Positions 1-11,979 of a DNA stretch of 64,000 nt are shown here, in pieces; the first letter of the stretch is position 1, and every line of letters starts with the position of its first letter. The position numbers and the translations under genes were made by a program. Source of the DNA: Octopus vulgaris (lineage: Eukaryota); contig OX597816.1 of the NCBI GenBank assembly GCA_951406725.2, forward strand, positions 137,454,001-137,518,000. The letters run 5' to 3'. Under the pieces are notes generated by a model. It ran no database searches. It saw only the letters and a list, made by a program, of their open reading frames with translations, and had not been told where the DNA came from.

Positions 1-240
1 AAAGGAAGAGAGAGAGAGAAAGAGAGACACGTACACACAGAAACAGAAAGAGAGAAATATGTGAATGCATATAATTTGGGTATATTATATGTGAGCGTAT
101 ATATATATATATATATCTGTATATACATACACACACACATATATATGTGCATGCAAACACACACACACACTCACTCACACACGCACACATATACTGAGAG
201 AGTGAGAAAAAGGCATAGAAGCATGTATATTTATTATATG

Positions 241-278
<38 letters not shown>

Positions 279-947
279 TATAACATACATATATATATAT
301 ACTTAGAATATATATTATATATACACATATGTATGTATATATATATAAATATATATATGTATATATATATATATATGTGAGTGTGTGTGTGTACATATAT
401 AATGTATATTCCATTCAGAATAAAAATATGTATGTATATATGTATGTATATATATATACATGCGCACACACACATAAACATATAGATATATACATACATA
501 TATATGTACATATATATTCATACACATATACACACGCACATACACACTTATAGGTGCATACATACATCTATACATATACCTATGTGAGTACGTGCATGCA
601 TGTATGTATGTGTGTGAATATATACGTGCCCCCCTCCACATATCTACGTACATATTCTTATTCTGTATTGAATATATATTGATATATATGACAGATATTT
701 TATGTTATATATAGACATACTATATACGCATCTATAATGCATATATAGACACACAAACACTCATGTACATATACACATATACATATAACATATACATTAT
801 ATATATATATACATATAACATTTATAAATATATTATATGTATATGTATATATATACATACATATATGTGTGTATGTTATACGTATATATATATATATATA
901 TATATGTATACCTTTCTCTCTCTCACCCTATACACACATATATATAT

Positions 948-984
<37 letters not shown>

Positions 985-1020
985 TATATATATATATATA
1001 CGCACATATATTCGTATATC
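1..1020. repeat. Compound microsatellite field (TA/CA/TACA/GA)
   Basis: Continuous dinucleotide/tetranucleotide runs; ORFs here are YI/TH repeats. Similar fields recur throughout (e.g. 3255-3540, 5990-6380, 17940-18100, 18940-19140, 40105-40310, 55300-55545, 57840-58100). Confidence 0.97.
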
Positions 1021-2239
1021 AAATAGTGTAGATGCGATCACAGCAAGGAACAATACATATAAATCACGAAATATTGAGTTATCTTTGTGAAATTAGTTTA
1101 GAATAAATTAACCTTTAGACGCCGCCGATTTATCACAACATTCCATCTCTGCTAGAACAATGCCATACCCTTCAGGCTCCCTCATCACTCTTTTCGAAAT
1201 ATCTACCCTTATCGCAGCCTTCTATCTAACTTTCACCCTGCCATGTTAACAGTCTATCTATATTTGATGATAAGAGCAAAAAAAAAAAAAAGAAAATAAT
1301 AATGATAAAAAAAAAGATAAATAAATAAAGAGAAAGAAGCAACGTAATGGCGAGAAAAAGTAAAAAGAAAATGTTATCTTTTCAGTATTTGTGAAGCAAT
1401 AGATCTTGTAAAGAGTAGTTTCCTGACAACAATGGCTGACTGTTCATCTGAATGACGTTTAACTAAGTTCAAAGGGAACCTCAGACAGCCTGGAAGTTGC
1501 CTACCACTTCTAACACCTCTGTCTAAGATAAGATTTTAATATTTTCATGAAAGACACATAGCTATACTTCACCTCTTGTTCATTGTTGGTGTTGCTGATG
1601 GTGATGCTGTTGTTGTTGGGGTTGTTGTTTGTTGCTGCAGTATGTATTGTTGTTTCCTTTGGTGTTTTCGTGTTTTTTTTGTTGTTGTTTGTTTTTGTTA
1701 TTGTTGCTTTTATTATGTTATTTACGTTGTTATTATTTCTCAATGTTGTTTGTCGTTGTTGTAAACAATCTTTACAGAATTTGTTAAAAAATCAAATGTT
1801 GAAGTGTAGTGGCTTTCAACTATTTCAATGTAGTGTCATTAAAGTATAGTGCAGCGTAAGAGAGAAATTTACTGTTCGTTATTGAGAAGATATCTGTTAC
1901 GCTGTTTATCGGTTAAACAACTAGACTCTACACAAATATGTTTGTTATACTGAATAAACAATACCGCCGCTTAGGTAAAGGTCATACTGCATACCCTACA
2001 TGCAGTGATGAATCTTCTAGAAGGCAGTATATCAGTGTGAGCAAACATAGCATAGTTACAGTTCAGAGTAGTGTAATGATGGGAGTGGTTCTAATATCTA
2101 CAAAGTAAAGGGTACATCAGCTTCTAACACAAGTGCATGCGGTATTAGCATATTGTGTAAAGTAATAATGTTGGCAAATGTTGTGTAAAGAAGTGTAATG
2201 AAGTGAAGTGCACTTTCGTGAATTTTGGCGTGTAATTTT

Positions 2240-2407
2240 AGGCGCAGGCGTGGCTGTGTGGTAAGAAGCTTGCTTCCCTTCCAAACCACATGGTTCCAAG
2301 TTCGGTCCCACTGCGTGGCATCTTGGGCAAGTGTCTTTTACTATAGTTTCGTGATGACCAATGCCTTATGAGTGGATTTTGTAGACGGAAACCAAATGAA
2401 GCCTGTC

Positions 2408-2470
<63 letters not shown>

Positions 2471-2700
2471 TCTGTGTGTGTCTTTGTGGCTGTGTTTGGT
2501 CCCCCACCCACTGCTTGCCAACCGGTGTTGGTGTGTTTATGTAACCGTAACTTAGCGGTCCGGCAAAGGAGAACGACAGAATAAGTACTTGGCTTAAAAA
2601 AGAATAAGTCCTGGTGTCGATTCATTCGGCTAAAACCCTTCAAGGTGGTGCTGGGGTATGGCCGTAGTCAAATAACTGAAACAAGTAAAAGAATAAAAGA
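2240..2700 (+). mobile_element. tRNA-derived SINE, family A (full length)
   Basis: Head AGGCGCAGGCGTGGCTGTGTGGTAAG (A box) ... GTTCGGTCCC (B box), internal (TA)n/(TG)n, tail ...ACTGAAACAAGTAAAAGA; matches the copy at 46930-47325. Confidence 0.9.
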
Positions 2701-2819
2701 AAAGTACAAAGGAATATCATTACTATACGTCTAATAATCTGATTTATCAACATTTTTTCATTCTAGATTGGAAAGAGACGGTTGTAACATTGTGTTGAAC
2801 AGGTCCTACTAAAAACTGT

Positions 2820-3185
2820 TTGTCACAGCCTACTAAACACCACTTGCCACAATTCCATTCCAGTAACCCAATTACTTGACAAAGATAGATATCAAAACTG
2901 CCACTCACCATCTCTGCAGTTCAGACCTTGCTCCCTGTAAGTTTTGGTTGTTTTCCAAGCTGGAAGGGAACCTCTGGGACAGTCATTTTGAAGACATCGA
3001 GAAGATGGCGGCTGTGATAAAAGTCCTGGGTACTTTTACTTCCATGCGGCGTTCAGGAAGAGGCTGGAGCGCTGCAGCAAGTGCATTGAAGTCAGAGGAC
3101 CCTACTTTGAAGGAGATTACAGTTTTGTACTTCTTTAAAATGGGTAAGTATTTCTGTTGAAGCGTCTAGAATGTACCTCACAATA
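2820..3185 (+). mobile_element. Mariner transposase 3' remnant
   Basis: ORF 2876-3160 HHLCSSDLAPCKFWLFSKL is a degenerate HPPYSPDLAPCDFWLFPKL; another frame gives RLERCSKCIEVRGPYFEG (mariner C-terminus). Confidence 0.85.
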
Positions 3186-3255
3186 TAATAAAAAGTAAAG
3201 ATGCACCTAGAAAGTACTCCTCTAAGGCAGAAGACCGAGCAAGGTTGTTTATAGC

Positions 3256-3305
<50 letters not shown>

Positions 3306-3343
3306 GCCTGCCTGCCTGCCTGCCTGCCTACCTACCTACCTAC

Positions 3344-3421
<78 letters not shown>

Positions 3422-3455
3422 CTATATATGTATGTGTATGTGTGTGTGTGCGTGC

Positions 3456-3530
<75 letters not shown>

Positions 3531-4344
3531 TGTGTGTATTCAACAGTATCAGCGTCTAGAAGGATTTATAAGCGAACTTCAGGTTAGTTAGAATATGTTT
3601 GTGGCATATTTCAACTTCTAAAGGCAAAGTCACTACAGTTACTTTGAAGGGGAAAAAAAATCTCTCTCTTATGAGAAAAGGTGTAAAAACACCATATCTG
3701 CCCAATGTTGCCCCCTGTCAGATTCACAGGCGCAGCTTTTTAGGTGTTTTTACACATGTTATCATTAGGGAAGGAGCCTTTTCGACTTTATAGTGATTAT
3801 GGGTTTTCTGTGCATTGCTCTCTCGTTTTCATGGGCATGTGAGTCTTGTTCAACGGAAACTAGTTAAAAAACCCAGACAATTTGGATGTCTGAACAACAA
3901 TTTATTCATAAGTAATTGACATTTTCTGGTTGTTAGCGGATATGCTGTTGCTGCTGCTGATGATGATGGTGTTGATGACGATGGTAGTGGTGATGGTGGT
4001 GGTAACGTATTTACAGACTTTACAGTTATGATAAGACAGAAACGTTGTCTCCAGGGACAATTAGTATTCTACATAAACGAATCTTAAAATGGCCTTTAAT
4101 CCGCACGCACGCACACACACTCACTCACACACACACACATTGCACAATTATCAATATTTTGTCTCCTTTTTTAGAAATAATAAGCCACCTTGAGAAGAAA
4201 GTAACTTGTGAAGGTGTTTGTCAATATCTTTAGATACGTATATTCTTCAGAGACTCCATATTCGTTGTGTTTTAAAGGATAACAAAAAAGTCTTTGCATT
4301 TAATACAGTAAATGGCACTTAATTATTGAATCATAGTAAATAAT

Positions 4345-4533
4345 GATTTCAAATTTTGGCACAAAGCCAGCAATTACATTGACCCCAGTACTCAACTGGT
4401 ACTTATTTCATCGACCCCGAAAAGATGACAGACAAAGTCGACCTCGGTGAAATTAAACTTAAAATGTGAAGATGGACGAAATACCGCTAAGTGTTTCGCC
4501 CAGTGGGCTAACGCTTCTACCAGCTCGCCGCTT
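4345..4533 (-). mobile_element. SINE family B
   Basis: Reverse complement of GCGGCGAGCTGG...GAGGTCGACTTTG...TTTCGGGGTCGATGAAATAAGTACCAG; homologous to 43516-43746. Confidence 0.85.
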
Positions 4534-4689
4534 TAATCACAGTAAATAATGAAAACAGTCATTAGTGATTCATTTAGCAGACTATCAAATGAAATACCTT
4601 GTCCATTGGTGGCTTTTCTTCATCGTCAGTAAATTCCCCTCATCTAACTTGTCGTGCAGTAAAAATAATAACATTAATGATTTTACACA

Positions 4690-4727
<38 letters not shown>

Positions 4728-4951
4728 ATTTTTACAGGTTTAAAACACTGTTTATCGTAAAACACTGTTCTATATATTTGTCTATAAATTTCTAAACACA
4801 ATAAAAAACCATTTTGACCGTCACTATATTTATTTTACTTATTCCTTTGTATTCGTTAATGTTATAATATAGTTCAGCAAGTTGGTAAATATTTGTGAAA
4901 ATATCTAACGCTCGGTAGGATCAGACTTTCGTTCCTTTATATACAAAACTA

Positions 4952-5070
4952 TGGGGTGTTGAAGAGTCCCTGGCTTTAAAGGTGTCGCGAAAGGCCTGGT
5001 CGGGAGCCCAAACTTCAGAGTTCTTTTACAGGGCTTAGAAAATCGAAGGACTGCTGGAATAAGTGTACGA
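4952..5070 (+). mobile_element. Half copy of mariner-derived MITE
   Basis: GGGGTGTTGAAGAGTCCCTGGCTTTAAAGGTGTCGCGAAAGG... homologous to 42231-42444. Confidence 0.7.
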
Positions 5071-5625
5071 TAACTGTCACCATTCTCTTCGAAAAAGGAT
5101 AGTTTTCTTCACGCAACTACAGCAAATTATAGATGGGTATTCGTTGGGCCATATTCTCATTCAAATATGCGGGACCCAAATATCGGTCCTGCTAATATAA
5201 CCAAGTGGATGCGGATGGTTTTCAACACTCGATTAAGATTTTTGGAGAATATCTGCGACCATCCTAGTCGTATGACGGGGGTTAGCTTCGCCTATCTTCT
5301 TCATATTGTCGCTGTTAATCTTAGACGGCCAGAGCGAGATGCATCTTAAACGGAAAAATTTCCCGATTGAAATCTTCAAAACCACTTTTGGCAAAATACG
5401 CTCCGTAACAGCATCCTCTCCATACACAGTACATATCTTCCAGCAGGTTTCCGCTGCTTCCTTGTCTTTTATTAAAAAAAAAACAAACACGACTCATCAA
5501 TAATGTTCGTTTCGGTTTTCCTTTCTCGTCGCTATTTTGCATCGAACTATGCTAGTGTATCAGGTCAATAACGAGTATACATGCGCAAAGGAAAACAAAC
5601 AAACGAACTTTTGACCACCCCAGTA
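5071..5625 (-). mobile_element. Mariner transposon 5' remnant
   Basis: Minus frames give AAETCWKICTVYGEDAVTER (HTH), DASRSGR, IWVPH and FSKRMVT; TIR-like end TACTGGGGTGGTCAAAAGTTCG at ~5604-5625. Confidence 0.85.
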
Positions 5626-6298
5626 TAAAATAACACGACAGTTAGTGAGGCTGAGAGTGTTATGCTGGTGGGTGAGTTGTTTCGTTTATAAGGAGAGTGT
5701 TGGGTAGGTATGTAAGCTTCAGAATTACCGAAATGTAATTAACTATATATACTTACCTGTTAACGTGTCCATCTAATCGTCTTGCTTGTACCAATTCATA
5801 CACCAGCTAAAATAACTCGGTTTTCTAACCCCACCTTTCGCACACATTCTGTAGCTCACCCCCACCTCTTTCTCACAATCTCTTTCTCTCTATATCTATC
5901 TGTCTCTATATCTGTCCATCAATCTGTTTATCATTAATTCTTTGTTTCTGTCACTCTCTCTCTACATGTATCGATTTTTGTGTATGTATGTATCTATACT
6001 ATTTTATGCATGTACGTATCGATCTATCAATCTACCTATATTTACATATACATGTGTGTGTGTATATATATGTGTGTGTGTATGTATATACATATTTGTA
6101 TGTGTATATATATATGTGTATATATATATACACATATATACAGATTTATATATATATATATATATATATTTAGAGATATATGTATGTATATATTTATATG
6201 TTTATATATATTCATACATATATATATACATTTATATATATATTTATATATATATACATATATATATATATATGTATGTATGTATATATCTCTATATC

Positions 6299-6358
<60 letters not shown>

Positions 6359-7089
6359 CATGCATTCATATATATATAGTAACATATATTACTAAGAGGG
6401 AACGAGTTATAGTTATATGCACTACCACTGAACGACAATACACATCCAGCACACCATCTTCCCCGCACTACAACTATCACTCTCAGTCTGTCCGCCCCTC
6501 TTCTAATTACAAACCCCTGTCGTCATTAGCAACAATATTTGACCCCGGTCACTAATTATTCATGTAATACTGGTCACATACTCCACAAGATTTTTAACCT
6601 CTTCTTTAATGAACCCACCTCACCTTGAAGTTAGTCTCTATCAATTACTGGAGTCGCCACACTCTATAATGCTCCCTGACATACGGCTGTCCAGCATAAT
6701 TAATCAGGTGCAGACGTCTCTGTCTTTCATTGTTAGCGACCCCAATGTCGGCTGGACCTACCATTACTGAAACTGGCAACTTGTCACTCCTGCATGAATA
6801 TTCCATGAATAGTAATTCCTTCCTGAAGCTCTGCATTTTCCAATGAAGCTGCAAGAGTTTCCAGTCGACTAAAACTGCCCTCAGGGGAATACAATTTCCT
6901 CCAGAGAAAATTTGAGCGAAAACTTTCTTTTGCGTTAATAAACTGTCCATACATTTGAAATATGCAAGTCGCTGTCGCTCTCACTTCATGTGTACGTGTA
7001 TGTGTGTACATACATACATACATACATACATACATACATACATACATACATACATACATTCATACATGCATACATACATGTATATATAA

Positions 7090-7148
<59 letters not shown>

Positions 7149-7267
7149 TATATATATATGCACACATATGGATATGTATATATAAATATATGTATATAAT
7201 ATATATGTGTGTAAATGTGTGTTTGTGTGTGTGAGTGTGTGTGCTCACGCAGATACTGACAGACAGA

Positions 7268-7654
7268 TTGTTGTTGGCACTCCGTCGGTTACGACGACGA
7301 GGGTTCCAGTTGATCCGATCAACGGAACAGCCTGCTCGTGAAATTAACGTGCGAGTGGCTGAGCACTCTACAGACACGTGTACCCTTAACATAGTTCTCA
7401 GGGAGATTCAGCGTGACACAGTGTGTGACAAGGCTGGCCCTTTGAAATACAGGTACAACAGAAACAGGAAGAAAGAATGAGAGAAAGTTGTGGTGAAAGA
7501 GTACAGCAAGGTACGCCACCAGGGTTGCCGGAGCCTCGTGGAACTTTTAGGTGTTTTCTCTCAATAAACATTCGCAACGCCTGGTCTGGGAATCGAAACC
7601 GCGATCCTATGATCGCGAGTCCGCTGCCCTAATCACTGGGCCATTGCGCCTCCA
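7268..7654 (-). mobile_element. tRNA-derived SINE, family C (tail type 1)
   Basis: Head GGAGGCGCAATGGCCCAGTGATTAGGGCAGCGGACTCGCG...GGTTTCGATTCCC; tail ...CGTCGTAACCGACGGAGTGCCAACAAC; TSD-like TGACAGA(C/T)AGAT on both sides. Confidence 0.9.
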
Positions 7655-7742
7655 ATGACAGATAGATAGATACATACATACATACATACAAATATATATA
7701 CATAAATACATACATACACACACATATATATACATACATGCA

Positions 7743-7776
<34 letters not shown>

Positions 7777-7804
7777 AAGATATGTTTGGCAGAATAAACA
7801 AAAT

Positions 7805-8020
7805 AAATTGCGTTGTGTTCTTGAGCAAATCCTTTCATCTCACATTTCTCTACAATCACTTCAACATCTAACATGTGACATACCGTGCACCGGTGGATTT
7901 GGCGGACAGAGTGAGCACAGTACAAGCATTTGATCGTTATAAACAAAATTGTTTGTGTATGGATTCCTTAAGATAATGCGGAACTCTCATCTGCCGTTTA
8001 CGACAGGAGAGTGCACAATA
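7805..8020 (+). mobile_element. 5'-truncated SINE-like fragment
   Basis: Begins TTGTGTTCTTGAGCAAATCCTTTCATCTCAC, resembling the post-tRNA segment of the 15203-15510 SINE, with a different body. Confidence 0.5.
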
Positions 8021-8293
8021 TATAATTTATTTCAGCCATGCTGGAGCACCGCCTTGAATGGTTTCGATCGAACAAGTCGAACCCAGGATTTATAATTTTT
8101 TAAAAAACTCTAGTACTATTTTATCGGTCACTTGTGCCAAACTGCTAAATTACGGGCACATAAAGACACCAACACCAGCTGTTAAGCAGCGGTCAGGGAC
8201 AATAACAGTCACAAAAAACACTACATATAGACACATATGTATGTGCGTATATATATATATATATACACATACACACACATACATATATGTATA

Positions 8294-10159
8294 CACTGGC
8301 GAAAATAAATTTAAGACCGATGATAAAAGTTCTATTTCTTACAAAATATTTTGTTACTAACACCATACAAATTATCCTTATCTTTACACCTTATGCAGAA
8401 TTTATTTCTCTTTCGAATGATGCGGACAATAACTATTTTTTATACAACTTGAAGAATTCTAATGCTAAATTAATATAAACGTTTCAAATTTACTGGCAAA
8501 ATTAGTTTAAGACCGCATCATTATAAATTTATTTAAAGCTTAAGATTGTAGCAAAAATGATCAACGATCAACAAGAACGAAATACATATTAGTACTTTGT
8601 GCCGTAGCCTTTATTCTAAACAACGGCTGAACAATGCCTTGGCATTGAATTCGCTAAGTGATTACAAAAGTCTATGGGAATGTTTTGCCTTTTTCCTAGC
8701 GATTCGTCTATATAGTCCAAATTCTCTCAAACAGTTGCGGACGGTTTGTGGAGTAAAAATAACACCATTCTCGTTGGATAATTGTTTACAAATGTCAACG
8801 GCTGTCAGCATTCGGTTGCCTTCCGAAAGTCGGTGGATTCGACGGGCCAACTGCGCCGTCGTTTTTCTTGGGTCGCCAGTCCTTTACCGATCTTTATATT
8901 GACCAGTCTTCGAGTATAACTCCCACACTTGCACGCAAGCCATTTTACTGCACTTCAGTTGCTTGCTGGTGTTCGAAAGGGAAACTTTTTACTGGTGGAG
9001 TAATACGATTTTTGCTCTTGTGACTGGACTGAAGCTACGTTGTTTTCTCGCTATTAATCAATTGTATAATAACGTTAAATTATAACACTATATAGTGCAG
9101 TTAGGCTAGTTGTGTGACCACCCATTTTGGCAAAAAAAATTGCATATATATTGGTTGGCATCCTTTTTGTCTCGGGAGACAATGGAGTTGCGCATAAAGT
9201 AGTCTAGTCCGGCTTTTACATTTCATGTCCTGATACATTTCCTGCTGTGACTGTGTAGTCCTATCCTGGACAAACACTCCAGCTTGCCAACCGCAGGAGT
9301 GGTGTTTTCTTGACTTTTAGTTGTTTGCCTGGTGCAGAGGTTGCAGGCCGCTTTTCAAGTCATACTCTTAGCTCCAAGCACCCAATGAAGCAGGCGGCCT
9401 GTGGCGGATCAGCAGCTTATTAACTGGAGGCTGCCCAGCTTGAGGTGGGCAGTAACTAACCATTAGGACACGGAGGTCCCTCCCACCGTCAGAGGTAACC
9501 CGTAGCGCCCATATTTTATGCCAATCTGAATGGACTTATCACTCGTGACTGTTACCTCCCGTGTTGTTTCTGCAGCTTTTTACAGCAGTACTGAAGTGTC
9601 CTCTCCAGTTTTGCGCAGGCCTGGGCTAGAGATAAGAAAGTCCTGGGTAGCCTAATCATCAGGTTTTCTCTCTCGACCTTGCTGATGTAGTCCAAAGGAG
9701 TGCAGTGCATTACGTTTGGCACCAGCTTGGTTGCAGGAGCTGCCGGAAGAGTGTCGAGTCGAACACTAGACCGCCTTCGGGGCTCCACTCCGGATTTATT
9801 TGAAGGTTGTCTCCTTTCCGTAACCCTGGATAGGGGCCCATACCGGGTACTGTCAGCCGGAGCCAGCTGAGCCCGGAACTCGTGTCAGGCAGGGTCGTCA
9901 CTCCCTGAAGTAGTGAAGAAGTTCGCTACCCACTATGGTCTTAAACACTAATTTTGCCGGTAAATTCGAAACGTTTATATTAGTTTAGCATTAGAATTCT
10001 TCAAGTTGTATAAAAATAGTTATTGTCTGCATCATTCGAAAGAGAAATAAATTCTGCATAAGGTGTAAAAGATAAAAATAATTTGTATGGTGTTAGTAAC
10101 AAAATATTTAGTAAGATATAGAACTTTTATCATGGGTCTTAAATTAATTTTGGCCAGTG
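8294..10159 (-). mobile_element. Tc1-family transposon with ~220-bp IR/DR-type TIRs, internally deleted
   Basis: TIRs 8294-8514 and 9937-10159, TA on both sides, short direct repeat at both ends of each TIR; transposase N-terminal remnant on minus (~9054-8590: RAKIVLLHQ..., RTGDPRKTT, TVRNCLREFGLYRRIARKK). Confidence 0.92.
9151..9932 (-). mobile_element. Bipartite non-autonomous RTE element (5' UTR joined to 3' end)
   Basis: Minus strand reads a GC-rich RTE-type 5' UTR, then KKTPLLRLASW fused to CLSRIGLHSHSRKC, then the 3' terminus CTCCATTGTCTCCCGAGACAAAAAGGATGCCAACCAA. Confidence 0.8.
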
Positions 10160-10699
10160 TATATATATATATATATACACACATACATACATGCATACAT
10201 ACATACATACATACATACATACATACATACACACATATATATATATATACATACATACATACATACATACATACATACATACATGCACACACACGCACAC
10301 ACACACACCACACACATACACACATATATATATATATGTATGTATATATATATATATGTATCTGCTAGATTCATTCATAAAGTTATAGTAGAAGACACTT
10401 GCCCTGTGGCATTGAACCCGAAATCACTTGGCTGCAAGCAATCTTCTTAATAACAAAGCCATACCTAACTCTATATTCTAAAGAAGTAATTCTTTGTAGT
10501 CACTCGAAAACGAATTTCCTGTTCTAACATCTTACAAATGTAGGACATATAGCATCCAAGTTGCGTATATGTATACCTGTAGCAAAAACGAGAGAGAGAG
10601 GGGGGAGAGAGAGAGAGAGAGAGGGAGGGATAGAGAGAGAGAGACAGAGACAGAGAGAGATAAAGAGAGAGAGAGAGAGAGGGGGAGGAGGGGGGAGAG

Positions 10700-10848
10700 A
10701 GGAAGAGGGAGAGATCGCTTCTTAGCCAAAAGTCGGCAAATGAAAGCAAACATAATGGAAAGCGGGTTCCCTTTCCATTGTAGTTTACTTATCAAAGATT
10801 GAGTGTGACTAAACAGTAAAAACAGTGGCTGAATGTTTGAAACTTTCA
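10700..10848. repeat. Local duplicated segment (copy 1; copy 2 at 16597-16735)
   Basis: GCTTCTTAG..AAGTCGGCAAATGAAAGCAAACATA..GGAAAGCGGGTT..CTTTCCATTGTAG..TACTTATCAAAGATTGA present twice, each after a (GA)n run. Confidence 0.85.
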
Positions 10849-11015
10849 TTTCACAACTGCGATATCATGGGTTCGATCCCGCAACATTGCATTTGATCAT
10901 TTGTCGTTTTCCATTACCTGGCGTCTACCTTACCTTACGAAGAGGGGCTACCTGTCTGTAAATGTGAGTGAATGTCATTATACGTATGTGTCCGTGTGAA
11001 TGTATAGTGAATGTT

Positions 11016-11063
<48 letters not shown>

Positions 11064-11204
11064 TTTTTTACATAGATATATATTTATATATATTCCCCCT
11101 CTTCTCCTCACTACACCACATGACTTTACACATCACATCACATAAGATGTGCCATACTAATACACACACCAACTAATACATACTAATACGTACTAATACA
11201 TACT

Positions 11205-11399
11205 AGTACATACTAATACTTACACCAACCCTATACATACACACGTCCAGACCCGCATACGCACTTATATACTCTCTCACACACACACACAGACACCTAT
11301 ACATACCAATACGTACTAATACATACTAATACATACTAATACATACACCAACCCCATACATACGCACGTCCAGACCAATCTTACGCACTAATACTCTCT

Positions 11400-11436
<37 letters not shown>

Positions 11437-11500
11437 ATACATACTAATACATACACCAACCCTATACATACACACATCCAGACCCCTCCCACGCACTTTT
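11205..11500. repeat. ~110-125 bp tandem repeat, about 2.5 copies
   Basis: ACATACTAATAC(A/T)TACACCAACCC(T/C)ATACATAC(A/G)CAC(G/A)TCCAGACC at ~11208, 11331 and 11439. Confidence 0.85.
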
Positions 11501-11519
11501 AGCTGGTCCCTCAACCCTT

Positions 11520-11800
11520 TTATCAACCCTATTATCTCCCCTTATTTCGCTCTCGCGTCTCATGTTTGATCTTTGACCTCTGGCCGAAATCAGATCGCCA
11601 TGTTGATTCGTTAGCTACTGCACGCATTTTTTTCTCTCCTTTCTGTGTTTTTCTCTCTCTGTGTATCTTTCTGTTGAAGAGCGTAGGCTCGAAACGTTAA
11701 AGACTTGTTTTATTTATATTTCCTGAGCGCCATACTAATACAATTGTTCGTTTGTTTTCCACCTGCCTTCGTCTTTTGTTTATTTTCATAAAGCCTCCCG

Positions 11801-11805
<5 letters not shown>
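11520..11805 (+). mobile_element. Penelope-like terminal repeat fragment with (TA)n tail
   Basis: Contains the hammerhead-like motif at 11666-11703 and a pyrimidine-rich 3' end running into (TA)n. Confidence 0.55.
11666..11703 (+). ncRNA. Minimal hammerhead-like motif (variant core)
   Basis: TCTTT CTGTTGA A GAGC GTAG GCTC GAAA CG TT AAAGA: stem I 5 bp, stem II 4 bp, palindromic AACGTT; core A6 substituted. Confidence 0.55.
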
Positions 11806-11895
<90 letters not shown>

Positions 11896-11979
11896 CATAT
11901 ATATATATATATATATATATGTACATATATAAATGTACATATATAAATGTATAGATAGATAGATATAGATATAGATATA

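Larger units (their letters stand above)
8031..10470 (-). mobile_element. SINE family A split by nested Tc1 element (3' half 8031-8225, 5' half 10360-10470)
   Basis: Both halves match the family A consensus in the same orientation and are separated at the internal microsatellite. Confidence 0.75.

Noticed and set aside
61-1090. Many ORFs of YIYI/THTH/CVCV/LSLS type here and throughout the window
   Set aside because: Translations of microsatellites lacking stop codons; not genes.
7575-7654. tRNA-like sequence with A and B boxes (also 28010-28087, 46930-47000)
   Set aside because: SINE heads continuing into SINE bodies, with TSDs in some copies; no complete cloverleaf.
9780-9932. Possible HDV-like ribozyme at the RTE 5' end
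   Set aside because: Could not thread the nested double pseudoknot by eye; needs a descriptor search.
11150-11500. Repeat-spacer-like pattern suggestive of CRISPR
   Set aside because: The spacers are themselves homologous; ordinary eukaryotic tandem repeat with no cas genes.
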